From contig OY782497.1 in NCBI GenBank assembly GCA_963677705.1, positions 4,458,417 to 4,522,416 on the forward strand: 64,000 nt of DNA. The letters run 5' to 3'. The translations under genes were made by a program, and so were the position numbers. Source of the stretch: Myxococcota bacterium (GTDB lineage Bacteria; Myxococcota_A; SURF-8; G963677705). Every line of letters starts with the position of its first letter. The stretch's first letter is position 1. Shown in pieces: positions 56,238 through 64,000 of the stretch. A model generated the notes under the pieces. It was not told the origin of the DNA. It ran no database searches and worked only from the letters and a program-made list of their open reading frames with translations.

Positions 56238-56971
56238 AAAGGGGGAACATGAAACGAGCCATCGGCTTGGCTCTTGTGGTGTTGTTCGTCAGCGGCTTGT
56301 TTGCCTGCGCGTCCGAACCGCCACGCAAGGAACAGCAAGACGCCGAGCGGGCCTACCGCGAAGCCGTGGATGCCAACGCAGGGGATTGCGCCGGAATCAA
56401 GTTCAAGTCTGCCGAACAGGCTCTACGGGAAGCCCAAGACCTGGTCAACGCGGAAAAGTATGATGAAGCGCGGACCCACTTCAACGTTGCGCGTGAACTG
56501 GCTGAAGAAGCTCGTGTAGAGGCTTTGCAGAATCCGGATTGCAGCCGTGCCGCTCAGACGGATGAAAATCCGGATGTCGGCCAGGCGGTGGAACGGCAGA
56601 TTGATGAAGATGCCGTGTTCGATGATCCGAACTACGAATTGAAAACGGTGTTTTTCCCCTTCAATTCATCGGACATCACCAGCGACGCCCAACAGATCCT
56701 GGCAGATAATGCCACCTGGATGAATCGGCATACCGATGCGATGGTGGTGGTGGAAGGCCATTGCGATGAGCGCGGCGCCGGGGAATACAACCTCGCGTTG
56801 GGAGAACGCAGAGCCCAGACCGTGATGGGCTATTTAATCAATTTGGGCATCAACCCGGAGCGGTTGAGCGTCATCAGTTATGGAGAAGAGCGCCCCCTGG
56901 TTTCCGAGAGCAACGAGGAAGCCTGGTCGAAGAACCGGCGGGCACAGTTTGTCAAGAAATGGCGGAGGTAA
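56234..56971 (+). CDS. pal: Peptidoglycan-associated lipoprotein with N-terminal helical (DUF4398-like) extension
   Basis: Lipobox LFAC; EGHCDERG..EYNLALGERRA, SYGEERP, NRRA. Confidence 0.92.
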   Translation: MKRGNMKRAIGLALVVLFVSGLFACASEPPRKEQQDAERAYREAVDANAGDCAGIKFKSAEQALREAQDLVNAEKYDEARTHFNVARELAEEARVEALQNPDCSRAAQTDENPDVGQAVERQIDEDAVFDDPNYELKTVFFPFNSSDITSDAQQILADNATWMNRHTDAMVVVEGHCDERGAGEYNLALGERRAQTVMGYLINLGINPERLSVISYGEERPLVSESNEEAWSKNRRAQFVKKWRR

Positions 56972-56981
56972 CCAAAACAGC

Positions 56982-57620
56982 ATGGAACATATGAGCAGAC
57001 GACAATTTATCGATCCTTTGGCCGGTTTGGCCGGTCAAGCCACGCCGACCCCGGTGATTTCCTTCACCCAGATTGCGGCCAAGCTCTCGGATGAAATGTG
57101 GAAGGCTGTCTACGGCAAATCGTCCCGCAAGGTGCGTAATATGCTGGAAGGCATGTTCAGCAAAGCCAAAGGGAAGTCCAAAAAGAAAGGCGGCATGGTC
57201 AGCCTGAAAAGCAAGAACCGGGACCGCGCCCATTTGGAAGTCCGTCAGGGAATGCTTGAGGAAGAGAACGAACAACTCTGCGAGGAAGTGTTCAAAACCT
57301 GGTTCATGGCCCACCAATCCCTGCTGGAAGACTCCTTGGATTACTTCGGCATCGCCCACAAGAACGGGATCACCGATGACGAGTTGACCGCGATTGAGGA
57401 AGCCACGGCGGAAAAATTGAACGAATTTCTTTCCCATATGGAAGAAAAAGGGCATAAGCTGGAAGAGGTCAGCTTGTACTTGGCTTTCGTGCAGGCGGAA
57501 AACCTGACGAAGTCGGACAAGGCGATGGACATCTTCAAGACCTGGCAAAAAGACAGCACCGCGCCTCAACCCGACCCCGATCCCTTTGCGGAGACCGAGG
57601 CCGACGCGGCGGCGGAATAG
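56982..57620 (+). CDS. Hypothetical cytoplasmic protein
   Basis: Open frame with host-like codon use directly after pal; no signal peptide. Confidence 0.65.
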   Translation: MEHMSRRQFIDPLAGLAGQATPTPVISFTQIAAKLSDEMWKAVYGKSSRKVRNMLEGMFSKAKGKSKKKGGMVSLKSKNRDRAHLEVRQGMLEEENEQLCEEVFKTWFMAHQSLLEDSLDYFGIAHKNGITDDELTAIEEATAEKLNEFLSHMEEKGHKLEEVSLYLAFVQAENLTKSDKAMDIFKTWQKDSTAPQPDPDPFAETEADAAAE

Positions 57621-57636
57621 ACGCTATCGTTTGATA

Positions 57637-57665
57637 CAACAAGGAGCCAGGCTGGCTCCTTGTTG
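57637..57665. terminator. Palindromic terminator-like hairpin
   Basis: CAACAAGGAGCCAG-G-CTGGCTCCTTGTTG. Confidence 0.65.
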
Positions 57666-57694
57666 TCGTTTCAGCCCAGTAGGGAGGACTCGTC

Positions 57695-58813
57695 ATGACT
57701 CGTCATTATTGGTTTCTGTGGACCTTGGTTGTCTTGCTTGGATTTCTGGTTGCCTGCAACGGGGAGGATGATTCAGGCGATGAGGATGGAATCCTCAGCG
57801 ACGGCGATGGTGAAACGACGGTGATCTACCCCGACGGGGATGAGAACACGGATGACGATGATGACGATGACATCGACGAAGATGGGGATCTTGATGATGA
57901 ACCCCTGACGGATGGAGACATCCTTCCCGATGGGGATGAGGAGTTGTCGGATACCGAACAGGATGAAGAGGAAAGCGGCTGCATCCAAGACCCCGATGGA
58001 GATGAAGACTCCAGCGACGACGATGATGACGACGACCTGGATGGAGATGCGGAAACCGACGATGATGATGATGACCTGGATGGAGACGCAGAAACCGACG
58101 ATGACGATGATGACCTGGATGGGGACGCGGACTCCGATGATGATGATGATGATGACATAGACGGGGATGAAGCCGAAGCCGAGGGGGAACTCGAAGACGA
58201 GGAGGAAAGTCCTTGCCCTGCGGATATGGCTGCCGTCAGTGATAACCTGTGTATGGATCGTTACGAAGCCAGCCGCCCCGATGCGAGTGCCGTCAGTGGC
58301 GGTTCCGACACCAGCTATGCCACAAGTCGCCTGGGGGTGATTCCCTGGTATCCGGTGACCTTGCCCATCGCCCGCGCCGCGTGTGAGAATGCCGGCAAGC
58401 GCCTTTGCAGCGCGACGGAATGGGAAACCACCTGCCACGGCGAAGCGAACACCGTATACAACTACGGAGACGAGTACATCGCGGACATCTGCAACGGGAT
58501 TGATGCGTTCTGCTACTGTGACGAGGGAAGCGTTTGTGCCGAGACCGAAGTCTGTCCCTATCCCCATTGCCGCTCCGTATGCGGGGCGAATTTTCATAGT
58601 ATGCCTACGGGAAGCTTTGCCGGCTGTGTGACTTCGGAAGGCTTGGTGGACCTGCACGGCAATGTCTGGGAATTGGTGGATGCCGGGGACGATCAGGAAC
58701 ACTATCGCGGTGGGGCGTATAATTGTTCCAACAGTGAGTTGTTGCATCGTTGTGATTACGATGGTCGAAACATCAGCGCCAAAGGCTTTCGTTGCTGTAA
58801 GGATCTGCCGTGA
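57695..58813 (+). CDS. Lipoprotein with long acidic tether and FGE-sulfatase (SUMF1-like) fold domain
   Basis: Lipobox LVAC; CPADMA..CMDRYEA, GKRLC...EWE, DLHGNVWE, RGG, GFRCC. Confidence 0.85.
   Translation: MTRHYWFLWTLVVLLGFLVACNGEDDSGDEDGILSDGDGETTVIYPDGDENTDDDDDDDIDEDGDLDDEPLTDGDILPDGDEELSDTEQDEEESGCIQDPDGDEDSSDDDDDDDLDGDAETDDDDDDLDGDAETDDDDDDLDGDADSDDDDDDDIDGDEAEAEGELEDEEESPCPADMAAVSDNLCMDRYEASRPDASAVSGGSDTSYATSRLGVIPWYPVTLPIARAACENAGKRLCSATEWETTCHGEANTVYNYGDEYIADICNGIDAFCYCDEGSVCAETEVCPYPHCRSVCGANFHSMPTGSFAGCVTSEGLVDLHGNVWELVDAGDDQEHYRGGAYNCSNSELLHRCDYDGRNISAKGFRCCKDLP
58020..58170 (+). repeat. ~39-bp tandem repeat encoding DDDDDDLDGDAET
   Basis: Three to four copies of GATGATGAC..CCTGGATGG(A/G)GA.GC. 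Confidence 0.75.
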
Positions 58814-59820
58814 GTATTTCTCCCTTTTCCGCGCAACGGGTTCGTGTTGCCGTACCCGGAGTAAGACTCGGCCATACCGAGAACCTGGATGCCAAAACCG
58901 GCGTAACCGTCTTTTTGTTTGATGAGCCTTTCGTCTGCGCCGGAGCGATGATCGGCAAGGCAACCAGTACCCGCCAGGCCGATAGCCTTCGGCCCGATCA
59001 TGTGGTGGAAAAGGCTGATGCCTTCTGCTTTACTGGTGGAAGCGCCTTCGGACTGGATGCTACCGGCGGTGTGCTGCGTTATCTGGAAGAGCAGGGGCGT
59101 GGCGCACCAACCCGCTATGGCCCGGTTCCTATCGTGCCTACCGCTGCCTTGTATGACCTGGGCCTGGGGAGTTTTACCTTGCGGGCGGATGCGGCGATGG
59201 CCTATGACGCCTGCCGGGCGGCATCCACAGAACCTTTCGCTCAGGGAAGTGTGGGTGTAGGCTGCGGGGCAACCATCGGTAAGCTCTTCGGAGTGGATCA
59301 ATCCATGAAGGGGGGCTTGGGTAGCGTGATTGTTGAACAAGAAGGAATGGTGGTTCAGGCTGTGGTGGCCAACAACGGCTTTGGCGATGTGATCGACCCC
59401 GCCTTCGGTACCTTGATCGCCGGTGCGCGCATGGCCCCGGATTCGCTGGAGTTGGCGGATACTCAGAAGGCACTGTGTGACCAAGGCTTTTCCTTCGAGT
59501 TTATGAAGCAGAAAAAAAGCCCGCAAAACACCGTGCTTTGTGCCGTGTTGACCAACGCTCGGCTTTCCAAACAGCAAGCTTTTGAGCTGGCTCAGGACGC
59601 GAGCCAAGGACTTGGTCTGGCTTTGCGTCCTGCCTTCGTTCCCTTTGATGGAGATGTCGTTTTTGTCGCTGCGTCCGGAGAGAAACCCGTACCCGAAGGT
59701 GTGACGATTTCGGAGATGGCCAAGGAAGCCGTTGCGAAAGCGGCTGTGCAGGGAGTGATGGAAGCCGATGGCTTCGGCCTTCTTCCCGCTTACCGGGATC
59801 TGCTGAACGCAGGCATGTAG
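58810..59820 (+). CDS. P1/S58 (DmpA-like) peptidase
   Basis: GHT...TGVTV, GGSAFGL, VPIVP.A.LYDL, G.VG.G.GAT.GK, KGGLGS, N-T cleavage motif, FDGD. Confidence 0.88.
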   Translation: MSISPFSAQRVRVAVPGVRLGHTENLDAKTGVTVFLFDEPFVCAGAMIGKATSTRQADSLRPDHVVEKADAFCFTGGSAFGLDATGGVLRYLEEQGRGAPTRYGPVPIVPTAALYDLGLGSFTLRADAAMAYDACRAASTEPFAQGSVGVGCGATIGKLFGVDQSMKGGLGSVIVEQEGMVVQAVVANNGFGDVIDPAFGTLIAGARMAPDSLELADTQKALCDQGFSFEFMKQKKSPQNTVLCAVLTNARLSKQQAFELAQDASQGLGLALRPAFVPFDGDVVFVAASGEKPVPEGVTISEMAKEAVAKAAVQGVMEADGFGLLPAYRDLLNAGM

Positions 59821-59830
59821 GAGGCACAAG

Positions 59831-60526
59831 GTGGCTTTATCTCGTCCGGATCGGGACATCCTGGAATGGGATACGAGCAATTGGTCCAAGGCATTGGATT
59901 TCTGGGAAGCGCATGGCCCTTCTTCAATGAACGGAATGACGGTGCTGGATGTCGGAGCCCGAAACGGAGGGCTCTCGTTATGGGCTGCGCTTCGTGGTGC
60001 AGAGGTCACCTGTTCGGATTGTTTTCTTCCTCTGAAAAAGGCCAGGCCGTTGCACCAAGCCTATGGCCTTTCCTCACAGATCAACTATGTTGAAGCGGAC
60101 GTGGTCAATTTGCCGTTTGAGTCGAACCGGTTTGATGGGGTGATGCTGAAATCCGTCCTGGGTGCCGTTGGACATGATGAGCGGTTTGAACGTCAATGCC
60201 GGGCCTGTCGTGAGATTCATCGTGTGTTGAAACCCGGAGGCTGGTTCTTGTTTGCGGAAAATGCCAGAGCATCCTTCTTGCATCGTAGCCTGCGAAGGTT
60301 CTTTACCCCTCACGGGGCGCGGTGGCGATACCTTGGGTTGGATGAACTTCCCATGCTGCTTTCTCCCTTTGCTTCATGGTCCTATCAAAGCTTTGGCGTA
60401 TTGGGTTTGTTGGGGCGCTCGGAACGTCAACGAGATACGCTGAGCCGTCTGGATACCCTTCTTGAACCTGCGGTGCCGAGCCGCTGGCGTTATGCGGTTT
60501 GCGGAATGGCAAGAAAATCACGGTGA
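59831..60526 (+). CDS. Class I SAM-dependent methyltransferase
   Basis: VLDVGARNG, LPFESNRFD, RVLKPGG. Confidence 0.85.
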   Translation: MALSRPDRDILEWDTSNWSKALDFWEAHGPSSMNGMTVLDVGARNGGLSLWAALRGAEVTCSDCFLPLKKARPLHQAYGLSSQINYVEADVVNLPFESNRFDGVMLKSVLGAVGHDERFERQCRACREIHRVLKPGGWFLFAENARASFLHRSLRRFFTPHGARWRYLGLDELPMLLSPFASWSYQSFGVLGLLGRSERQRDTLSRLDTLLEPAVPSRWRYAVCGMARKSR

Positions 60527-60535
60527 GCTTTGGTT

Positions 60536-61003
60536 TTACTCCCGCCCGCCGGAATCGCGCACGCAGCGCACGTAATACCGATTCCCTTTGAGTTCGTAGC
60601 GTACCCCGCCATCGGTGAAGTTGACATACCAGGCCCGCTGCGGGTCACCGGTGGCCGTGGTGCTGGTCCAGAAACGCTCCGCCGGGGAGAGGGGGAAATC
60701 GGTCGCCGGGCTGTCACGGTCGTAGTTCACGATGCCCAGCAACTCCGGTTTGTTGGGAAGCCGCCAATCGTCTTTGCCTGCGTACTGCAAGCCTTCACAA
60801 TAGGCCAGGGCTTCGGCCCAGGTTTTCCCCGTAGCCTGACGGCTTTTCCATTCCAGCCGGGTGATGGCATCTATGTACACGGGTTCGTTTTCGACAAACA
60901 CCTCTTCATGAAAGCGCTCGTTGGTACCCGCCAGAACGGCGGAGAACATTCCTCCGGCAAGAAGGCTTGCCAGCAGTAGCATGAAAATCGGTTTTGCGTT
61001 CAT
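60536..61003 (-). CDS. Secreted DUF1566 (Lcl C-terminal, C-lectin-like) protein
   Basis: Signal peptide; D..T.LEW, TW..A..YC, DWRLP...EL, FWTST, AWYVNF..G, VRCVR. Confidence 0.85.
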   Translation of the reverse strand: MNAKPIFMLLLASLLAGGMFSAVLAGTNERFHEEVFVENEPVYIDAITRLEWKSRQATGKTWAEALAYCEGLQYAGKDDWRLPNKPELLGIVNYDRDSPATDFPLSPAERFWTSTTATGDPQRAWYVNFTDGGVRYELKGNRYYVRCVRDSGGRE

Positions 61004-61056
61004 CCTCGTTCCTCTGTGTGTGAACGAACCCGTCGGTTCGTGCTTGTTGGTTTTGT

Positions 61057-63330
61057 CTAGGGAGCCTCTGCGACGCAGCGCAGGCAGTGGGCTTCCGTCT
61101 GGGTGGCATGGTTCAAGCGTCCCAGGTCGAAGTCTACCGTCCAGGTGTAGGTCGGATGAGCCACGTTGGGCTGGGAAGTCCAGAACAGGCCGCTGGGGGT
61201 TCCCCATACATCCGCATCGCAGGCCGGTTCGGAGCGGCCTTCATCAATCAGGTTGTGCAGTTCATGGGGGGAGGGCAAACGCCAGGTCTGAATGCCTCCC
61301 ACCGCGCTGGACTGACAGAACTGCTGGGCTTCTTGGTAACTGAGTTCACATTCTACGGTGCGATGCCAGAGCAGGCCACGTTGGCTATCTTGAACCATCT
61401 CGCTTGGTCCCACCTCTTCCGGGCAGCTTTGCAAGACGGTGCCGTTTTCATCCAGGCACTGCCAAGGCGAAGCTTCTTCCTCATACTGAGCATCTTGACC
61501 GCAGAAGCTTGTGACCGAACAGCTTGCATCTCCCGCCGTGCCGGGGCAGTCGATGACCTCTGAATCATCATAGCAGAGGTCTTGCTCGCTGGGGGCCGGA
61601 GCGTGGCATTCGCTGGTCTGGCAGAAACCGTCCGGTGGGAGGAAGCAGTAGGGATAGCTTCCCAGGGTTTCTTCTTTGCAGGCCGAGCAGTCCTCGCTTT
61701 CATAGGCGTCATCGCAGGTACACAAGGCGCTGCCCTGGCTGTTGTCGCAGGTGCCGTGACCGTTGCAGGGATCATCGTAGCATGGGTCAACCACGCATTG
61801 ATTGCTGGCTTCCGGGTACTCGTAATAGCCTTCCGCGCAGTGCTGGCAGTAATCACCGGTGTATCCTTCCGCGCAGCCTTCGCAGAAATCCCCGGCGAAA
61901 CCCTGGTTGCAGGTGCAGGTGTCGTCGTGTTCGTTGCAGGCGCCCCGGTTGTTGCAGCTATATCGGCTGCCGGTGCAGGCGCCGTCCTCCGTGCAGGTGG
62001 GCGATAACATACAGAAGTCCTCGGCGTCGCAACTGAACCCTTCCGGCAGGTATGCTCCTCCGTTGCAGCAGGTAGACAGGCTGCATTCGGGGACGCTTTG
62101 CGGAATGGTTACCGTGTGGCTTTGATAGGCTCCCAGCTGACCGTCCGCAGCGCGAAAGGCAATCCAGAACGTGGCCTCGGTATCGTGGAATACTTCATTC
62201 TGCGCCAGATGGCCTTCCAGCCGCATTCGGTAGTGATCCCGGTAACGGACGGGTAGGGTGGCGAATTCCCAGGTGCGCCGAGCGCCTTCGAGGCTCAGCA
62301 CCGCCCCTTGAAACTCCTCCGGAGCTTTGGTGGTATGAAGATGAAAAAAGAAATCGCTGGATAAGCGGATCTCTATCGGGCCGACCAGATTGTCAATCTC
62401 AAAGCCTGCGGCATCATCGCTGGGCGGTTTGCTTTCAGAAAGCAACTGCGCGGAGTCCAGGTTCAGGCTTTCGGCCAAGCGGGTGGGAAGATTGAGTACA
62501 CATTCGCCGTCCTGGCAATCTCCGGAATCCGCTGCGGTATCATACAAGCAGGGAGTTCCGTTTTCTTTGGCCGTCCAGCTATCGCTGTTCTGATCCGGGG
62601 CGCAGAGCTGACATTCCTTGTCTTCTTTTTCCGTCCCTTCCGCGGTGCAGGTTTCATCAATCAGGCAAAAGCCGCTGTCCAAGTCCGCTTCGCAGGCATG
62701 ATCCGCCGAACAACGATCGCTTGTGCAACTGTAGACATCTTCACCCGAAAGGCAGGCCTCTCCGCTTGGCACCCATTGCCCGGCGTTGCAGCAATCCCCC
62801 AGGTTGCATTCCGCTTCCAGGCGGCTTACGTGCAAGGGCATCGGGAAAACAGGGCCGATGTTTCCTTGCGTATCCCGCAGAGAGAATTCCACGGTGAAGT
62901 CCTCCCCGGCGAGTTGGTCGTCTTGGTCCAAGGCTCCGGTGATGTCCAGGATGATCCCTTCGCCTGTGCCATCGGCCAAGGCCGATTTCTCAATCTCGAA
63001 GAAGCGGGAGGCTCCCTGTACGTAAACATAGCAGAAGTCCAGTTTTTCGGCTTCAATATCACTTGACAGAACACGCACACGGAAGCTGGCATCCATGCGG
63101 AATTCCTCCGGCATATCAACCGATTCAATGGCTGGGCCATCATTTCCCGCAGGGGGCGTGCCACTCTCTTTATCGCTCTGGTCGAAGTCCAACGCTTTGG
63201 TCAGGCGGTCTGCCAGGGATTCCGCAATGTCATCCACATCGCTTGTATCATCCGAACAGGCTGTGGAAAGAACCACTAGACCAAAACTGAGTAAAAACAG
63301 TAAACCCTTTGATAACTTTACATATATCAT
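61057..63330 (-). CDS. Lipoprotein with duplicated Ig-like/Cys modules, EGF-like repeats and C-terminal DUF1566 domain
   Basis: Lipobox-like STAC; CxCxxGFxGxxC EGF motifs; GQD..Y, WRLPS..EL, FWTS, LRCV; start set at ATG 63330. Confidence 0.78.
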   Translation of the reverse strand: MIYVKLSKGLLFLLSFGLVVLSTACSDDTSDVDDIAESLADRLTKALDFDQSDKESGTPPAGNDGPAIESVDMPEEFRMDASFRVRVLSSDIEAEKLDFCYVYVQGASRFFEIEKSALADGTGEGIILDITGALDQDDQLAGEDFTVEFSLRDTQGNIGPVFPMPLHVSRLEAECNLGDCCNAGQWVPSGEACLSGEDVYSCTSDRCSADHACEADLDSGFCLIDETCTAEGTEKEDKECQLCAPDQNSDSWTAKENGTPCLYDTAADSGDCQDGECVLNLPTRLAESLNLDSAQLLSESKPPSDDAAGFEIDNLVGPIEIRLSSDFFFHLHTTKAPEEFQGAVLSLEGARRTWEFATLPVRYRDHYRMRLEGHLAQNEVFHDTEATFWIAFRAADGQLGAYQSHTVTIPQSVPECSLSTCCNGGAYLPEGFSCDAEDFCMLSPTCTEDGACTGSRYSCNNRGACNEHDDTCTCNQGFAGDFCEGCAEGYTGDYCQHCAEGYYEYPEASNQCVVDPCYDDPCNGHGTCDNSQGSALCTCDDAYESEDCSACKEETLGSYPYCFLPPDGFCQTSECHAPAPSEQDLCYDDSEVIDCPGTAGDASCSVTSFCGQDAQYEEEASPWQCLDENGTVLQSCPEEVGPSEMVQDSQRGLLWHRTVECELSYQEAQQFCQSSAVGGIQTWRLPSPHELHNLIDEGRSEPACDADVWGTPSGLFWTSQPNVAHPTYTWTVDFDLGRLNHATQTEAHCLRCVAEAP

Positions 63331-63711
63331 GGCTCGTCGGCCTCCAGGACAATGTCGTACATCTTCGGCAAGCAACCCGATCGTGTGCTTGCCAGTATTA
63401 CCCCACGGCCTGGAATCGGACATTTGGACAATTTTTTGACCTATTTCCCTCGTTGAGCCTGGCTTGTGTTGCAGCTTGGTCCAGATTAAATCTCCGTGGA
63501 CAATGGGTGGTTTTTCCTTGTGAGATTTGGCCTCGGACCTCGTTTCTGGCTTGCATCTTGTTAAGAAAGACTTACTTTTCACGTATTCGATACCGCAAAC
63601 CGGTCTTGAATGGGCATGGGTGACGTGCTACAAACTTGTTCTGGGAACGGGGAATCCCAAAACATCACAGAGAACGGAATGAACGCAAACTGACCAAAAG
63701 GGGGAAATGCA

Positions 63712-64000
63712 ATGAGTCTGATACGGATTCCTACGCCGTTGGTGGAAATGGACGGCGATGAAATGACCCGCGTCATCTGGAGTATGGTGAAGGAAAAGCT
63801 GATTTTTCCCTACCTGGATCTGACCTTGGAAGCCTATGATCTGCATGTGGAAAATCGTGACCGGACGGACGATCAGGTTACGGTGGATGCGGCGATGGCA
63901 ATCAAGAAATACGGGGTGGGTGTAAAGTGCGCCACCATCACGCCGGATGCCGACCGGGTGGATGAGTACAATCTGAAACAAGCCTGGAAAAGCCCCAACG
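63712..64000 (+). CDS. icd: NADP-dependent isocitrate dehydrogenase, 5' part
   Basis: Manual translation: [15 protein letters not shown]...RDRTDDQVT...[10 protein letters not shown]...WKSPN; runs off window. Confidence 0.95.
   Translation, partial: MSLIRIPTPLVEMDGDEMTRVIWSMVKEKLIFPYLDLTLEAYDLHVENRDRTDDQVTVDAAMAIKKYGVGVKCATITPDADRVDEYNLKQAWKSPN

Noticed and set aside
18968-58170. Tandem repeats as possible CRISPR arrays
   Set aside because: All are in-frame coding repeats without unique spacers; no cas genes
57695-63330. Complete diversity-generating retroelement
   Set aside because: No reverse transcriptase, no Avd and no near-identical TR/VR pair in the window

Overview
A GC-rich bacterial chromosome segment, probably from a deltaproteobacterium or Myxococcota-like organism. 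This is inferred from MYXO-CTERM-like sorting tails, DNDCDG-repeat lipoproteins and a Pal with an N-terminal extension. From left to right it contains: (1) an AraC-controlled detox-type operon (cupin, YcjY-like hydrolase, Fe-ADH, Bcr/CflA MFS, CMD-family protein); (2) large surface proteins with Cys-rich stalks, Asp-rich tethers and C-terminal sorting tails, interrupted by a degraded IS5/IS427-group element, plus a two-domain pacifastin-like lipoprotein; (3) fadR-etfB-etfA with a FadR box; (4) a complete corrinoid-dependent methyltransferase cluster (MT1, corrinoid protein, MT2, RACo, DUF1638) with an efflux pump, headed by a GntR gene coupled to a second B12-binding protein; (5) a six-PAS hybrid kinase, a giant repeat lipoprotein and a flippase cassette; (6) tolQRAB-pal, FGE-fold and DUF1566 lipoproteins, and the start of icd. 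No rRNA, tRNA, CRISPR array or reverse transcriptase was seen. The best leads are the B12 demethylation/efflux module with its possible B12-sensing regulator pair, the shared stalk-plus-anchor cassette carrying different heads, and the pacifastin-like inhibitor. All family calls rest on motif recognition by eye; no searches were run.
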